Positions 20,094 through 30,251 of a DNA stretch of 64,000 bases are shown piece after piece. The notes under the pieces were generated by a model. The model did not search any database and was not told where the DNA came from. It was given only the letters and a program-made list of their open reading frames with translations. Origin of the DNA: a virus. Position numbers and translations under genes: made by a program. The stretch spans positions 32,001 through 96,000 of IMG/VR virus record IMGVR_UViG_3300005537_000002; one strand, written 5' to 3'. The stretch's first letter is position 1; every line of letters begins with the position of its first letter.

Positions 20094-20636
20094 ATGCGTT
20101 CAGAGGATCTTAGGTTGACGTTGGAGGACATCTACGGACTGGATATGATACAGAGACCATCGGCTACGCTAGTGCATGGCGTAGTGAGTATGGAGGATGA
20201 AGAAGTACTGTGTGAGGGTGATGCACTTGAGATCGTTTCAGTCGCTGTCGAGAAGTGGGTTATGGATCCATATGACCCAACAATCGTACTCTATCTACGT
20301 CCGGAGAGATCGTATTCGCCTGACGTCGAGTCTAAACGTAGGGTTGGTTTTGAGGATGTGTGTACGAAGTCTATCCTTACAGAAGAGCAGTATAAAGGTA
20401 CGTACCTGTTGAGTCTGTCTATGTGTATAGAGATGCTCGGTGTCGGAGTGAACACGTTAGGATTTCCGTGTACACTTCCAGCTAGGGTACTGTACACGGA
20501 GTACAGGCCGACTGGCATAGTGCATTGCATTACCTACACGGACGAAGCCTTATTCTTCGACTGTGTTATGATCCACACAACTAGTTGTTCCTGTAAGTAT
20601 GGCATAGCCCGCAATCAACAGCCATACCTAAACTAG
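20094..20636 (+). CDS. hypothetical protein
   Basis: 180-aa ORF with AAGGAG RBS. Confidence 0.55.
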   Translation: MRSEDLRLTLEDIYGLDMIQRPSATLVHGVVSMEDEEVLCEGDALEIVSVAVEKWVMDPYDPTIVLYLRPERSYSPDVESKRRVGFEDVCTKSILTEEQYKGTYLLSLSMCIEMLGVGVNTLGFPCTLPARVLYTEYRPTGIVHCITYTDEALFFDCVMIHTTSCSCKYGIARNQQPYLN

Positions 20637-20659
20637 CGCGGAGGAAGTAGACTACGCGA

Positions 20660-20866
20660 ATGAAAACACTATACGACGAGAACCACAGGTACACACCAGA
20701 CGCAACTGGTCTTAGCGCGAACGTAGGTAGAGCCCTTCACAGTATATTCAAGGACTACATAGAGTTGGGCTACTCCCCGATAGAAATATCCCATATTATG
20801 CATAGCGTCGTGTTCGACCTCGAGATGGAGTCGATACTTGACGCAGACGAGGATTCTAATGCCTAA
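20660..20866 (+). CDS. hypothetical protein
   Basis: 68-aa ORF overlapping the polA start. Confidence 0.5.
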   Translation: MKTLYDENHRYTPDATGLSANVGRALHSIFKDYIELGYSPIEISHIMHSVVFDLEMESILDADEDSNA

Positions 20867-23648
20867 ACTCGCAATAGTAGATGGCCATAGCCTTCTCTAC
20901 CGGGGATATCACGCGATGTACGGGACGACGCTGATAACTAGTTCAGGTGAGTTGACGTCAGCGACGTTTGCGTTCACGAGCATGCTGTTAAAGGCCGTGA
21001 TAGATTTGCGACCCGATTATGTCGTTGTGGCATTCGATCCTGGTGGACGTCTACGACGACACGATCTCTACAACGACTATAAGAGCAACCGAACCGCGGA
21101 AGCAGTAGACGACTTGTGGATGCAGTATCCACGTATACAGGAGATCGTACAAGCGTTCGGATTCCCAATCGTGACTTGCTTGGGGTACGAAGGGGACGAT
21201 ATTCTGGGTACTCTAGCGGTGCAGGCGACAGCACAGGGTGTAGAGACCATATTACTAACGGGAGACCACGACACTCTACAGTTAGTCAACGACTCCGTCT
21301 CAGCGTACATCTTCAAAAGAGGTGTATCCGAGATGATCCGATATGACAGCCCAGCTGTGCTAGAGAAGATGAAGGTGCGTCCCGATCAAATCCCTTGCTA
21401 TAAGGGTCTGGTTGGGGATGTAACTGACGCTATTCCCGGTGTCAGGGGATTTGGTGAAGTAACTACATCTAAACTATTAGCACAGTACGGTAGTTTGGAA
21501 GGCATCTACGAGCATCTGCCCGAACTCAAGCCTCGTATAGCACAGTTGCTTGTGGATAATCGAGACATAGCGTTTCTAAGTAGGAAGTTGGGTACGATTG
21601 ATACGAATGCTCCTATCCAGCTGTGCTTAGAGGAGGCTAGAGTAGGTCAGTACGACGTCCCCAAGTTACAAGCCTTGTTCGAAATGTTGGAGTTCAGGGG
21701 TTTTATAAAGAAGCTAGCTATACTAACGGGTACTAGCGTAGCACCGATGTACGACCCGACGACTCCAATCGGTATGGTGCAGGTACTGCCTATACCTACT
21801 AACATCTATCGGAAAGCACCTGATCCTCGACGCCAGTCGGTAGATGTAGGTCCCGAAACGTTAGTACAGGTTGTAGAGACACTAGGGGACTTACAAGCCT
21901 GTATGACAGCCATTTGGAGCTCGAAGGAGCTGTCTTTCGACACAGAGACGACTGGCTTAGATATGCCTACACTCGAACTAGTAGGCATATCGCTGTCAAC
22001 TCAAGAGGGTACTGCTTGGTACATACCAGTTGGGCACAAGCTCGAACGGGAGCGTCAGTTACCTCTGACGGATGTACTTTGCGTACTACAACCTGTGCTA
22101 GAAGACCCACACGTCCGTAAGTATATGCACAACGCTAAGTATGACATGGCAGTGATGGCAAAGTACGGTATCGAGGTACAAGGCTTAGCTATGGATACGA
22201 TGGTCGGTGCGTACTTGTTAGACCCGGGTATTTCTGGGAAGGGTCTAAAGGAGCAAACCAAAACAAGGCTTGGGATAGTGATGACTGAGATTACTGACAT
22301 TGTCAACTTCCGTAAAGGTATGACAATGGCCGACGTAGGCATTGACATCGCTGCTCCATATGCAGGTGCTGACGCTGACATGACGTTGCGTTTAGTCCAA
22401 CCGATTGTGCAAGAGCTCTCAAGATGGAAGTTGATGGACCTGTACCAGCAGATCGAACAGCCTATTATACCGATCTTACGGGACATGGAACGGGAGGGTG
22501 TGTTAGTAGATGGTGAGTTCATTCGAGAGTATGGCGTGAAGGTGTCTGCAAAGATTTCAGAATTAGAGCTAGCCATTTACGAGAGTGCTGGTCGATCGTT
22601 CAACCTATCCTCTGACCAACAGTTAGCACAGATTTTATTCGGTGACCTCAAACTTACACCCACTCGTAGAACTAAACGTGGCTATGCAGTTGGCAAATAC
22701 GAGTTAGCGAGTTTACAGGAACTGCATCCGATCATACCACTCGTACAGGAATGGAGGCAACTCACCAAGTTAAGAAGCACGTACATCGACGGTCTGCTCA
22801 AACTGATACATCCGGTGACTGGTAGAGTACACACGAGCTTCAACCAAATTGTGACTGCTAGCGGGCGACTGTCGAGTTCGCACCCGAACTTACAAAATAT
22901 CCCTATCAAGAGTGAGGTGGGCAAGCTGATACGTAGAGCTTTCATTGCTAGACCTGGTTACAAGCTGGTGAAAGCGGACTTTAGTCAAGCCGAACTGCGT
23001 ATCCTTACTCACGTTACACAAGACCCAGTCTACCTACGTTTGTTTGCAGAAGGTGTGGACGTGCATACCATTACCGCTAGTCAATTGTACCAAGTACCCG
23101 AAAGTGAAGTAACTTGGTTGCAGCGTAAGATCGCCAAAAACGTGAGTTTTGCGATCTTGTACGGTCAGTCTCCACACGGACTAGCTGAGATGTTAGGCAT
23201 CCCTGAAATAGATGCAGCTACGTTTATCAAGCGGTACCATATGACGTATAAGACCGTTAAGGGGTATATTGCCTCCGTAACGGAGCAATTACACAAGCAG
23301 GGATTCGTAAACACGTTCTTTGGAAGGAAACGTTTCTTTACGGATCTAAGTGGGGATTTAGCAGCACACGAGCGTGAGGCTATCAACAGCCCAATCCAAG
23401 GTGGGTGCGCTGACTTGATGAAGCTGTCACTGATCGCTATCAACCGAGAGTTGAAAGCTCGTAGTAGTGACGCTCGTATTGTACTGACCGTACACGACGA
23501 AGTGCTGTTAGAAGTACCTAACGAGGAGGCATTAGATATTGCTCGACTCGTATGGCGTATTATGTCGAATGTGGTCAAGTTAGATGTGCCAATGGAGTCT
23601 AGTGTATCGGTTGGTTCGAATTGGCTGGAACAGGTAGAGCTAGATTAG
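20859..23648 (+). CDS. polA: DNA polymerase I (5'-3' exonuclease, 3'-5' exonuclease and family A polymerase)
   Basis: VDGHSLLYRGYHA, GYEGDD, GDVTDAIPGVRGFGE, FDTET, HNAKYD, motif A ADFSQAELR, motif B KNVSFAILYG, motif C TVHDE; start moved to MPKL at 20859. Confidence 0.95.
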   Translation: MPKLAIVDGHSLLYRGYHAMYGTTLITSSGELTSATFAFTSMLLKAVIDLRPDYVVVAFDPGGRLRRHDLYNDYKSNRTAEAVDDLWMQYPRIQEIVQAFGFPIVTCLGYEGDDILGTLAVQATAQGVETILLTGDHDTLQLVNDSVSAYIFKRGVSEMIRYDSPAVLEKMKVRPDQIPCYKGLVGDVTDAIPGVRGFGEVTTSKLLAQYGSLEGIYEHLPELKPRIAQLLVDNRDIAFLSRKLGTIDTNAPIQLCLEEARVGQYDVPKLQALFEMLEFRGFIKKLAILTGTSVAPMYDPTTPIGMVQVLPIPTNIYRKAPDPRRQSVDVGPETLVQVVETLGDLQACMTAIWSSKELSFDTETTGLDMPTLELVGISLSTQEGTAWYIPVGHKLERERQLPLTDVLCVLQPVLEDPHVRKYMHNAKYDMAVMAKYGIEVQGLAMDTMVGAYLLDPGISGKGLKEQTKTRLGIVMTEITDIVNFRKGMTMADVGIDIAAPYAGADADMTLRLVQPIVQELSRWKLMDLYQQIEQPIIPILRDMEREGVLVDGEFIREYGVKVSAKISELELAIYESAGRSFNLSSDQQLAQILFGDLKLTPTRRTKRGYAVGKYELASLQELHPIIPLVQEWRQLTKLRSTYIDGLLKLIHPVTGRVHTSFNQIVTASGRLSSSHPNLQNIPIKSEVGKLIRRAFIARPGYKLVKADFSQAELRILTHVTQDPVYLRLFAEGVDVHTITASQLYQVPESEVTWLQRKIAKNVSFAILYGQSPHGLAEMLGIPEIDAATFIKRYHMTYKTVKGYIASVTEQLHKQGFVNTFFGRKRFFTDLSGDLAAHEREAINSPIQGGCADLMKLSLIAINRELKARSSDARIVLTVHDEVLLEVPNEEALDIARLVWRIMSNVVKLDVPMESSVSVGSNWLEQVELD

Positions 23649-23863
23649 TGGCAGAACAGCTAGTAGCAGACCTATGCTTAACTTGGGGAGTATGGAGTCT
23701 GTTAGTTGGAATGTTGTGGACTTTATTGTCGACGACATCCCAAAGAGAAAGGTGGCAGTTAGCTGGTTGTATCGTTACAACCAGCTTGTTCGTAGTAGCG
23801 AGTGTAGTCACTGTGCTAAGAGTGACTGGTGTAGTAGGCCCACTACTACACGTACACTATTAA
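23648..23863 (+). CDS. small membrane protein
   Basis: GTG overlapping the polA stop; two hydrophobic segments. Confidence 0.45.
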   Translation: MAEQLVADLCLTWGVWSLLVGMLWTLLSTTSQRERWQLAGCIVTTSLFVVASVVTVLRVTGVVGPLLHVHY

Positions 23864-23876
23864 ACAAGGAGTATAC

Positions 23877-24953
23877 ATGTTAGACACACGTATTAAGGAA
23901 ATGGTGGTTGCTTATAGCAACTTAATCGAGTCGTACGGAGGCCCAACCGAATTTGCAAAGCAGGGTGCGTACAGTACGCCGTATTGGGGGACTCAGCAGA
24001 TTACGAGCTATCCACAAGTTGTAACCCAACTTGTGGAGATAGCTCCACAGTACGTAGACTTGACTGCTGGTGGTGGTAGGTATCCGGTGCATCGAGCACA
24101 GCAAGGTCAGCGAGTCGCTTGTAACGACCGCTGTGTATATGCTGCAGTGTCGTTGGACGCAGTGCTGTGTAGTAAAACGACGCATACACTCGGATTCGAA
24201 GAGTGGCTAGAGGCATTCGCTCAAGCTACACATCCGATCTACGTAGCTTCTCGAAAGGGTTGGCTGCATAGACGTGCAGCGAAAGGTGATGTACTAGAAG
24301 GTTTCGAGGCAACAGCCTCGTACATCGACGGGTTGGTGAGTCAATTCGAGCGAGACTCGTTAGTGCTGGCTGCTGTAGGTGCAACTTTAGTTGAGGACTG
24401 TTCGCACAACGGGCTGAGTTGGTTGCAAGATGTCAGTTCCGTAACGACGGACGTGTTTTGGCGTAGTTTTGTACGTGAAGCTGTACGTATACGCTGTACT
24501 ATTGACAGTATGCCTATGCACGGGTATGTGCATCAGGTTACGAATATGGACGCACTCGAGTCACTCGACAACCTACATATCGAAGGAGGAGCTGTCTGCT
24601 ATATCGATCCGGCTTGGCCTTGGATGAGTACAGACGGAGCTAACCCGTATACGTTCTTCAGCACTCAAATATCAGCTGTGCTAGCGCAAAGTGATCTGCA
24701 AGTACCGTTCTGGAGTAGACATGAACCCGAAGCTGTGTACGCGGAGATTGGGACCTGGATCAACCGAGCGTTCGAGAAGGGTGCGGCCTACTTTATCGTA
24801 AGCACACAGGGTACGAACTCGCCTCCGCCAAACGATCTGTACGATTGGTTGGGTACAGAGTTTGATCTTACACACGTAGAGAACGTGGTGGCGAAGAGTT
24901 CCCGCACCGGTAAAGAATTCGTAGAGTGGTATGGTATAGTGAAAGCGTCGTAG
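23877..24953 (+). CDS. divergent amino-methyltransferase-fold protein A
   Basis: Motif I-like YVDLTAGGG, ACND, motif IV-like YIDPAWPW; paralog of 35046-36089 and 44143-45207. Confidence 0.6.
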   Translation: MLDTRIKEMVVAYSNLIESYGGPTEFAKQGAYSTPYWGTQQITSYPQVVTQLVEIAPQYVDLTAGGGRYPVHRAQQGQRVACNDRCVYAAVSLDAVLCSKTTHTLGFEEWLEAFAQATHPIYVASRKGWLHRRAAKGDVLEGFEATASYIDGLVSQFERDSLVLAAVGATLVEDCSHNGLSWLQDVSSVTTDVFWRSFVREAVRIRCTIDSMPMHGYVHQVTNMDALESLDNLHIEGGAVCYIDPAWPWMSTDGANPYTFFSTQISAVLAQSDLQVPFWSRHEPEAVYAEIGTWINRAFEKGAAYFIVSTQGTNSPPPNDLYDWLGTEFDLTHVENVVAKSSRTGKEFVEWYGIVKAS

Positions 24954-25030
24954 CCTAATACCATATCTACGTTATACTGCAGAGCTGGAGCTCTGCAGTA
25001 TTGATTTGTATACATATATAACATATACTA

Positions 25031-25103
25031 AAGTATAGAGCGGTTCGGAGTGTTGGCTCCGATGAGTTCTCACCCAACTCATACAGCGGACCGCTCTATA
25101 CTT
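25031..25103. other. three-way-junction structure, candidate ncRNA or terminator
   Basis: 14-bp outer stem enclosing two 6-7 bp hairpins. Confidence 0.5.
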
Positions 25104-25181
25104 AGGGGACACTCTTAAAAGTCACTGGCAGTACATTATAATTATTCATACTTATACTGTATACAGTGCTAGGAACTGTCA

Positions 25182-26246
25182 GTGCCTGTTCGTACTATTT
25201 CTGCTTCACAACTGCAAGAGTTCTCTACTTGCAGACGACGCTGGGGCTATAGTGCCCTAGAACATTTGGATAGCCGGAGACAGTCGTATGCTTTATGGTT
25301 CGGCATCGGGGTACACCACGCACTAGATCGATTTTATTCCTTAGGCTTCGACCCTTCTGTAAGCTTTGATACGTGGTGGTCTACTGAGACTACCAAGCAA
25401 CAGGCAGGTCAACGTTCGCTGTTGGGTGAACGGGATATTGAACAGAAGTGGCTTGAGTTACGTCAGTTAGGTATAGGCATGCTATCACACTATCGGGAAT
25501 GGGCTCGTCTGCAGGACGACTTCGAGGTACTAGCAACAGAGGCGGACTTTCGGGTACCCATTCCCGAAACCGAAGGTCACTTAGTTGGCAGGTTCGACGG
25601 CATTATACGACTATGGCGCAGACCAAACGACGTGTATTTACTCGAACACAAGAGCTACAGTATCAAACCCCCACAATACTTCCTGCTACTCGACGAACAG
25701 ACTAACGTGTATCAGTGGGCAGCTACAAAACTACTTGCAAGTGGAGATTTAGCACAGTACGGTGTACCTGAAACCGCCACTGTTAAGGGTGTGTTGTATA
25801 ACGGGTTGAGGAAAGCCGTTCCAACTACTCCCCCGCTTGCTGACGACGGTAAGAGTTTACTAAGGGACGCGCGTATTGCTACAACGTATGAGTTGTATTT
25901 AGCTTCTATACGGGAGCACGACTTTTCGCCGAGTGACTATGCTGATGTGCTAGTGAAGTTGAAACTACGTGGTAACCGCTATTTCTATCGAGAGTGGATA
26001 CAAAGGTCAGCAGAGGAGCTGACTAGACTAGAGCGGAGACTGACCTCGCAATTTAGGGCCATGTCTAACCCGGAAGTTGCCCTACTTCCGTCGCCTACGT
26101 GGGATTGCTACTGGCGGTGTCCGTACTTCTCGTTGTGTGTCGCTGAAAACACTGGGAAGGATTATGACGAGATCAAAAGGACGCAGTACGCTCCTAGGGT
26201 ATGGTCTAGAGAGAAAACACCGTCAACGACTGACGATTTCCTGTAG
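25182..26246 (+). CDS. PD-(D/E)xK RecB/Cas4-like exonuclease 1
   Basis: ISASQLQEFSTCRRRW, GIGVHHALD, GRFDG, LLEHKS, QTNVYQW, CYWRCPYFSLC. Confidence 0.8.
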   Translation: MPVRTISASQLQEFSTCRRRWGYSALEHLDSRRQSYALWFGIGVHHALDRFYSLGFDPSVSFDTWWSTETTKQQAGQRSLLGERDIEQKWLELRQLGIGMLSHYREWARLQDDFEVLATEADFRVPIPETEGHLVGRFDGIIRLWRRPNDVYLLEHKSYSIKPPQYFLLLDEQTNVYQWAATKLLASGDLAQYGVPETATVKGVLYNGLRKAVPTTPPLADDGKSLLRDARIATTYELYLASIREHDFSPSDYADVLVKLKLRGNRYFYREWIQRSAEELTRLERRLTSQFRAMSNPEVALLPSPTWDCYWRCPYFSLCVAENTGKDYDEIKRTQYAPRVWSREKTPSTTDDFL

Positions 26247-26275
26247 GCGCTGCCTTGGTGTTAGACTCCGCCCTC

Positions 26276-26304
26276 TTGATTTTGTTTATGTAATCCTTTA
26301 TAAT
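26276..26304 (+). promoter_or_regulatory. sigma70-type promoter
   Basis: TTGATT-N17-TATAAT. Confidence 0.7.
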
Positions 26305-26325
26305 ATAAATAAGAAGATTTAATAA

Positions 26326-27492
26326 ATGAGGAGGCAACAAGTGACCCAAGACAACAAACGCAACCCGTTTAGAGTCGTTGCCCTACCCGTAAGACGCATA
26401 AGTGCCACTGGTATAAGCGAATTTAAGGAATGTAGGAGGAGATGGTACTACTCTAACGAGTCCCAGTTGAATTTGGAGCCTAAACGTGGGACAGTTGCGT
26501 ACGACTTTGGGAGAAAGATTCATCATGCGTTAGAGCGACACTATCGGGATGGTGTGCATGCATCCGATGCGTTTGTAGAAGTATTTGATAGTGATGTAAC
26601 TCGTATGGTAGAAGTGGGGATGATGGGAGATGACTATAGCAAGTACGAAGCTATGCGTGAATTGGGTGTGCAAATGCTGACGTATTACGAGAACTGGGCT
26701 AGCACTCACGACGACTTCAAGATGCTGCACACCGAGTTTGAATTTGAAATCCCGCTAGTCGACTATGACGGAACAGACTTAGGGGTCTATTTTGTGGGGC
26801 GTATTGACGGTATCGTCCGTACTAATGACGGCCTGTATTATTTAATCGAGTACAAGACGGCTGGTACACATTTGGCCAGTGACGTCATGCTACTAGATGA
26901 GCAGACAGCTAGATACCAGTTAGCGGCTCAGTGGTTGATACGCAATGGTAAAGTACCGGGTATACCTAGTGATGCTATACTAAGTGGGGTTATTTACACG
27001 GCACTGCTTAAAAAGATAGTTAAACCCCCACTACTACTCAAAAACGGAAAAGGGTTGAGTAAGGATATAGTCACCAACCCAACTACGTACGAGCTGTATC
27101 TGAAAGCGATACAGGACAATGGCTTTAACGAAAGCGACTATGCAGCTGTGCTAGATAAGCTGCAGAACACGTACCCAACTGGTACGATATTTGTGCGTAG
27201 AGAGTATGTGTTGAGGAGTAAGGACGAGATGCAGGGTCATGCACACAGGCTAATGTTGGAAGTGAGGGAGATGTCGAGAGAGAACCTACCTATTTATCCT
27301 AGTCCCAAATGGGACGGCTCTTGCGCGTGGAGTTGTCCGTATCATGCGCTGTGTGTGACGGAAAATATAACTGGAAATCTCGGGGGTGAGGTAGACTTCC
27401 GCATACGTAACGAGTTTGTGCAGCGTCCACCAAGGGGAGGAGTCTACCAACAGCCACGAGAAGGAGGATACGACGGCCAAGAGTTAGGCTAG
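26326..27492 (+). CDS. PD-(D/E)xK RecB/Cas4-like exonuclease 2
   Basis: ISATGISEFKECRRRW, GRKIHHALE, GRIDG, LIEYKT, QTARYQL, CAWSCPYHALC. Confidence 0.8.
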   Translation: MRRQQVTQDNKRNPFRVVALPVRRISATGISEFKECRRRWYYSNESQLNLEPKRGTVAYDFGRKIHHALERHYRDGVHASDAFVEVFDSDVTRMVEVGMMGDDYSKYEAMRELGVQMLTYYENWASTHDDFKMLHTEFEFEIPLVDYDGTDLGVYFVGRIDGIVRTNDGLYYLIEYKTAGTHLASDVMLLDEQTARYQLAAQWLIRNGKVPGIPSDAILSGVIYTALLKKIVKPPLLLKNGKGLSKDIVTNPTTYELYLKAIQDNGFNESDYAAVLDKLQNTYPTGTIFVRREYVLRSKDEMQGHAHRLMLEVREMSRENLPIYPSPKWDGSCAWSCPYHALCVTENITGNLGGEVDFRIRNEFVQRPPRGGVYQQPREGGYDGQELG

Positions 27493-27554
27493 CCACCTAA
27501 CATCTCGAACAAACTAAAACCTCAAAACACAAACATCTAACAAGGGAAACAGTA

Positions 27555-28391
27555 ATGGCAGTAACACAGGGGGTACAACCGACGCTCACGATACCCCCAC
27601 TACGAATTGAGAGTCCCCAACAAGCGGCGGAGTACATCAAAGTATTGGTGTACGGTATACAAGGTATGGGTAAGACCTACTTTGTAGGGACTGCCGAAGA
27701 CGTTCCGTCGATGAGGAACGTCTTCATCGCCGACTACGACAAGGGTATGATGACCCTAGCTGCTTTAGGGCGAGGTTCGCACCTAAAGACAGTTCAACTA
27801 GAGGCGTTCAGCGGTTACTGGAAGGGAACAGAGTATATTCCGGGTATAACGGACATATACAAGTTCCTAACAGAACAGCCTCACGAGTATAAGACTATCG
27901 TCATTGACGGGGTTCGAGCGATGCAGGAGCTATGTCACGAACAAGTCATGAAAGAGGCGGCAGCTCGAGAAAGGCGTGACCCTGAAGTACCCCAGCAACA
28001 AGACTACGGTCGAGTTGCTTCTCGTATGAAGTTGGTTCTGCAACGATTTGTTAGTCTGCCGATGAACGTTATCATGACGTGTCAGGAGCAGTCGATGCAG
28101 AACCAGTTGACGATGAAGATGTCAACTCGTCCTCACCTACAGGAGTCGCTTGCTCTATTGATTCCAGGTCTATTCGATGTAGTGCTACATCTAGACGTAG
28201 CTGTAAAGATGGTAGATGGTAAGTCGATAACGACTAGACTTGCTCAGTGCCAGCCAGATGGACAGTACGTAGCTAAGGATAGGTCCGGAAGGTTGGGGTC
28301 TGTTATTGAGGACCCTACAATGGGATACATTCACGATCGGGTTACAGCCGCGTTAGCGGTAAAACCCACTACTACCACCAAAGTTAAGTAA
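27555..28391 (+). CDS. AAA_24-family ATPase (Sak4-like recombination protein)
   Basis: VLVYGIQGMGKT, IVIDGV, QQQDYG, IPGLFDVV, AKDRSG. Confidence 0.75.
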   Translation: MAVTQGVQPTLTIPPLRIESPQQAAEYIKVLVYGIQGMGKTYFVGTAEDVPSMRNVFIADYDKGMMTLAALGRGSHLKTVQLEAFSGYWKGTEYIPGITDIYKFLTEQPHEYKTIVIDGVRAMQELCHEQVMKEAAARERRDPEVPQQQDYGRVASRMKLVLQRFVSLPMNVIMTCQEQSMQNQLTMKMSTRPHLQESLALLIPGLFDVVLHLDVAVKMVDGKSITTRLAQCQPDGQYVAKDRSGRLGSVIEDPTMGYIHDRVTAALAVKPTTTTKVK

Positions 28392-28409
28392 CAGAAAGGG
28401 ACAGCAACA

Positions 28410-28901
28410 ATGGCAACATTAGATTTCAGTCAAGTCGAGGAGAGAGAAGGTTTTAATACTCTTCCTACGGGAGCTTATACGGTAGCTCTTGCTAAGGTGG
28501 AACAGAAAATGTCTAACTCTAGCGGTAAGCCAATGTATTCAGTGGAGTTCGTCATTCAAGGACCGATTTATGCACAGCGCCGGTTGTGGGATAATTTCAG
28601 TCTCCAACTGAACTCGATGTGGAAACTGCAAGCATTTCTGCAAGCACTTCACCCGGAGGAAGAGATTGGGAAGACCTACGACTGGGTCGAGAATGGGGAT
28701 CAAGGCCGACAGGTCGTAGCTTTGGTTAAGCACGAGGTCTATAACGGTAAGTTGTCTGAACGTATCGAAGCGTATTGGCCCGCTAACGAGAAAGGTCAGG
28801 AAGTGTTAGCACGTAACGTTCCTGATCCGAAGAGCGTTCCGAGCATGCCAGAGAACGGAGCACAAGCTCCGGTAGGGGCTAGCTCACTGTTTAGTATGTA
28901 G
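28410..28901 (+). CDS. DUF669-like single-stranded DNA-binding protein
   Basis: FNTLPTGAY...SSGKPMYSVEF...RRLWDNF; follows the AAA ATPase. Confidence 0.7.
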   Translation: MATLDFSQVEEREGFNTLPTGAYTVALAKVEQKMSNSSGKPMYSVEFVIQGPIYAQRRLWDNFSLQLNSMWKLQAFLQALHPEEEIGKTYDWVENGDQGRQVVALVKHEVYNGKLSERIEAYWPANEKGQEVLARNVPDPKSVPSMPENGAQAPVGASSLFSM

Positions 28902-28909
28902 TCGTTCCC

Positions 28910-28953
28910 ACTAATGGATGCAGAGTTAGACTCCTAACTCTGCATCCATTAGT
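28910..28953. terminator. 20-bp perfect hairpin, probable terminator
   Basis: ACTAATGGATGCAGAGTTAG-ACTC-CTAACTCTGCATCCATTAGT. Confidence 0.7.
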
Positions 28954-28994
28954 ACTATTTAAGACGCGCTAATACTAAACAGGAAAGGAAGCTG

Positions 28995-29405
28995 ATGGAA
29001 CAGGCATTAATTCGAAAGGCCTTCAAGTTTGAGTCTGCACATCAATTACCACATCATAGAGGTCAGTGTGCTAGACTCCATGGACATTCTTACCGGTTAG
29101 AGGTTTTTGTGTACGGTCCGATACAAGAAGTAGTCGAAGACGCACCTGACAGTAGTGAGGGCATGGTAATGGACTTTGGTGATATAAGTGCGGTAGTAAA
29201 GGAACACATTATTACTAGACTCGACCACTACAATCTGAATGACGTGGTTCCCGTTCCAGTAACGACTGCAGAGTTAGTCGCTTGCTGGATTCGAGATACA
29301 TTGCTCCCCTACGTGCCAAATTTGTTTGCCATACGTCTTTGGGAGACCGAAGACGGCTACGCTGAAGTGTACGTAGGCGGAGCAAACTTCAAGTTGTTGC
29401 CGTAG
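28995..29405 (+). CDS. queD: 6-carboxytetrahydropterin synthase
   Basis: FESAHQL...CARLHGHSY, MDFG, LDHYNLN, TTAE, RLWET. Confidence 0.93.
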   Translation: MEQALIRKAFKFESAHQLPHHRGQCARLHGHSYRLEVFVYGPIQEVVEDAPDSSEGMVMDFGDISAVVKEHIITRLDHYNLNDVVPVPVTTAELVACWIRDTLLPYVPNLFAIRLWETEDGYAEVYVGGANFKLLP

Positions 29406-29454
29406 TGCGTAACGTATAGAGAAAGGCGCCTAACATGTTGAAGGAGGAAAACCT

Positions 29455-30234
29455 TTGAGTATTGACACTCAGACAGTCTCCGAAGTTGAACCAAACGTCG
29501 TTGAACGGAAGTTTACTGTCAGTGAGATTTATGGAGACGTAGTTCAGGGGGAAGGAACTATGACTTACGTACGCACCCATTTCTTACGGATGGGTGGCTG
29601 CGACTACCAACATTGCAGTTGGTGTGATAGTTTGTACGCAGTTCTCCCAGAAGAGGTACGTAAGTTGGAACGGTTATCCGCAAAGGAGATCGTTACAAGA
29701 ATACTTAGTCTACCTAGAGCTCCATACGTTACCATTAGTGGGGGTAATCCGGTAATGCACAAACTAGATGACGTAGTTGATGCATTGCACGCTGCAAATT
29801 ATTGTGTGGCAGTCGAGACTCAGGGAACGCTTTGGAAAGACTGGGTAGGACAGTGCGAGTGTATCACTTGCTCTCCTAAACCACCTAGCTCAGGTATGAC
29901 GACCAATTGGTCGTTACTGGACAATTTCATCGCCAAGTCAAGACTTGCCAACACACAACTGTGCTTAAAGGTAGTCGTCTTCACTGATGATGACTACGAG
30001 TACGCACGGACGGTGTACCATAGATACAGATGCGATGATGGGAGTACACCATTCTACCTACAAACTGGTACGATACTGCCAACTACAGAGAATCCGAATG
30101 GGGATACAGTTTATACTCTAACCCAACGATATAGAGAGTTGACCGAACGAGTACTAGCGGACGGTGACATGCAGTATGCTAGACCTAGTTGTCAACAGCA
30201 TGTACTGATGTACGGCCACAAGAGAGGAATCTGA
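29455..30234 (+). CDS. queE: 7-carboxy-7-deazaguanine synthase (radical SAM)
   Basis: VQGEG...FLRMGGCDYQHCSWCDS, ISGGNP, VETQG, SPKPPSSG, LKVVV. Confidence 0.92.
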   Translation: MSIDTQTVSEVEPNVVERKFTVSEIYGDVVQGEGTMTYVRTHFLRMGGCDYQHCSWCDSLYAVLPEEVRKLERLSAKEIVTRILSLPRAPYVTISGGNPVMHKLDDVVDALHAANYCVAVETQGTLWKDWVGQCECITCSPKPPSSGMTTNWSLLDNFIAKSRLANTQLCLKVVVFTDDDYEYARTVYHRYRCDDGSTPFYLQTGTILPTTENPNGDTVYTLTQRYRELTERVLADGDMQYARPSCQQHVLMYGHKRGI

Positions 30235-30251
30235 CATTGACAACGCAGCGT

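Noticed and set aside
23674-23883. Alternative-frame 69-aa ORF between polA and methyltransferase-like A
   Set aside because: The GTG-start frame coupled to the polA stop gives a more plausible membrane protein, although this is not certain
29545-29635. QueE CX4CX2C spacing (CDYQHCSWC) instead of CX3CX2C
   Set aside because: It is a one-residue loop insertion, and QueE enzymes are known to tolerate variable spacing
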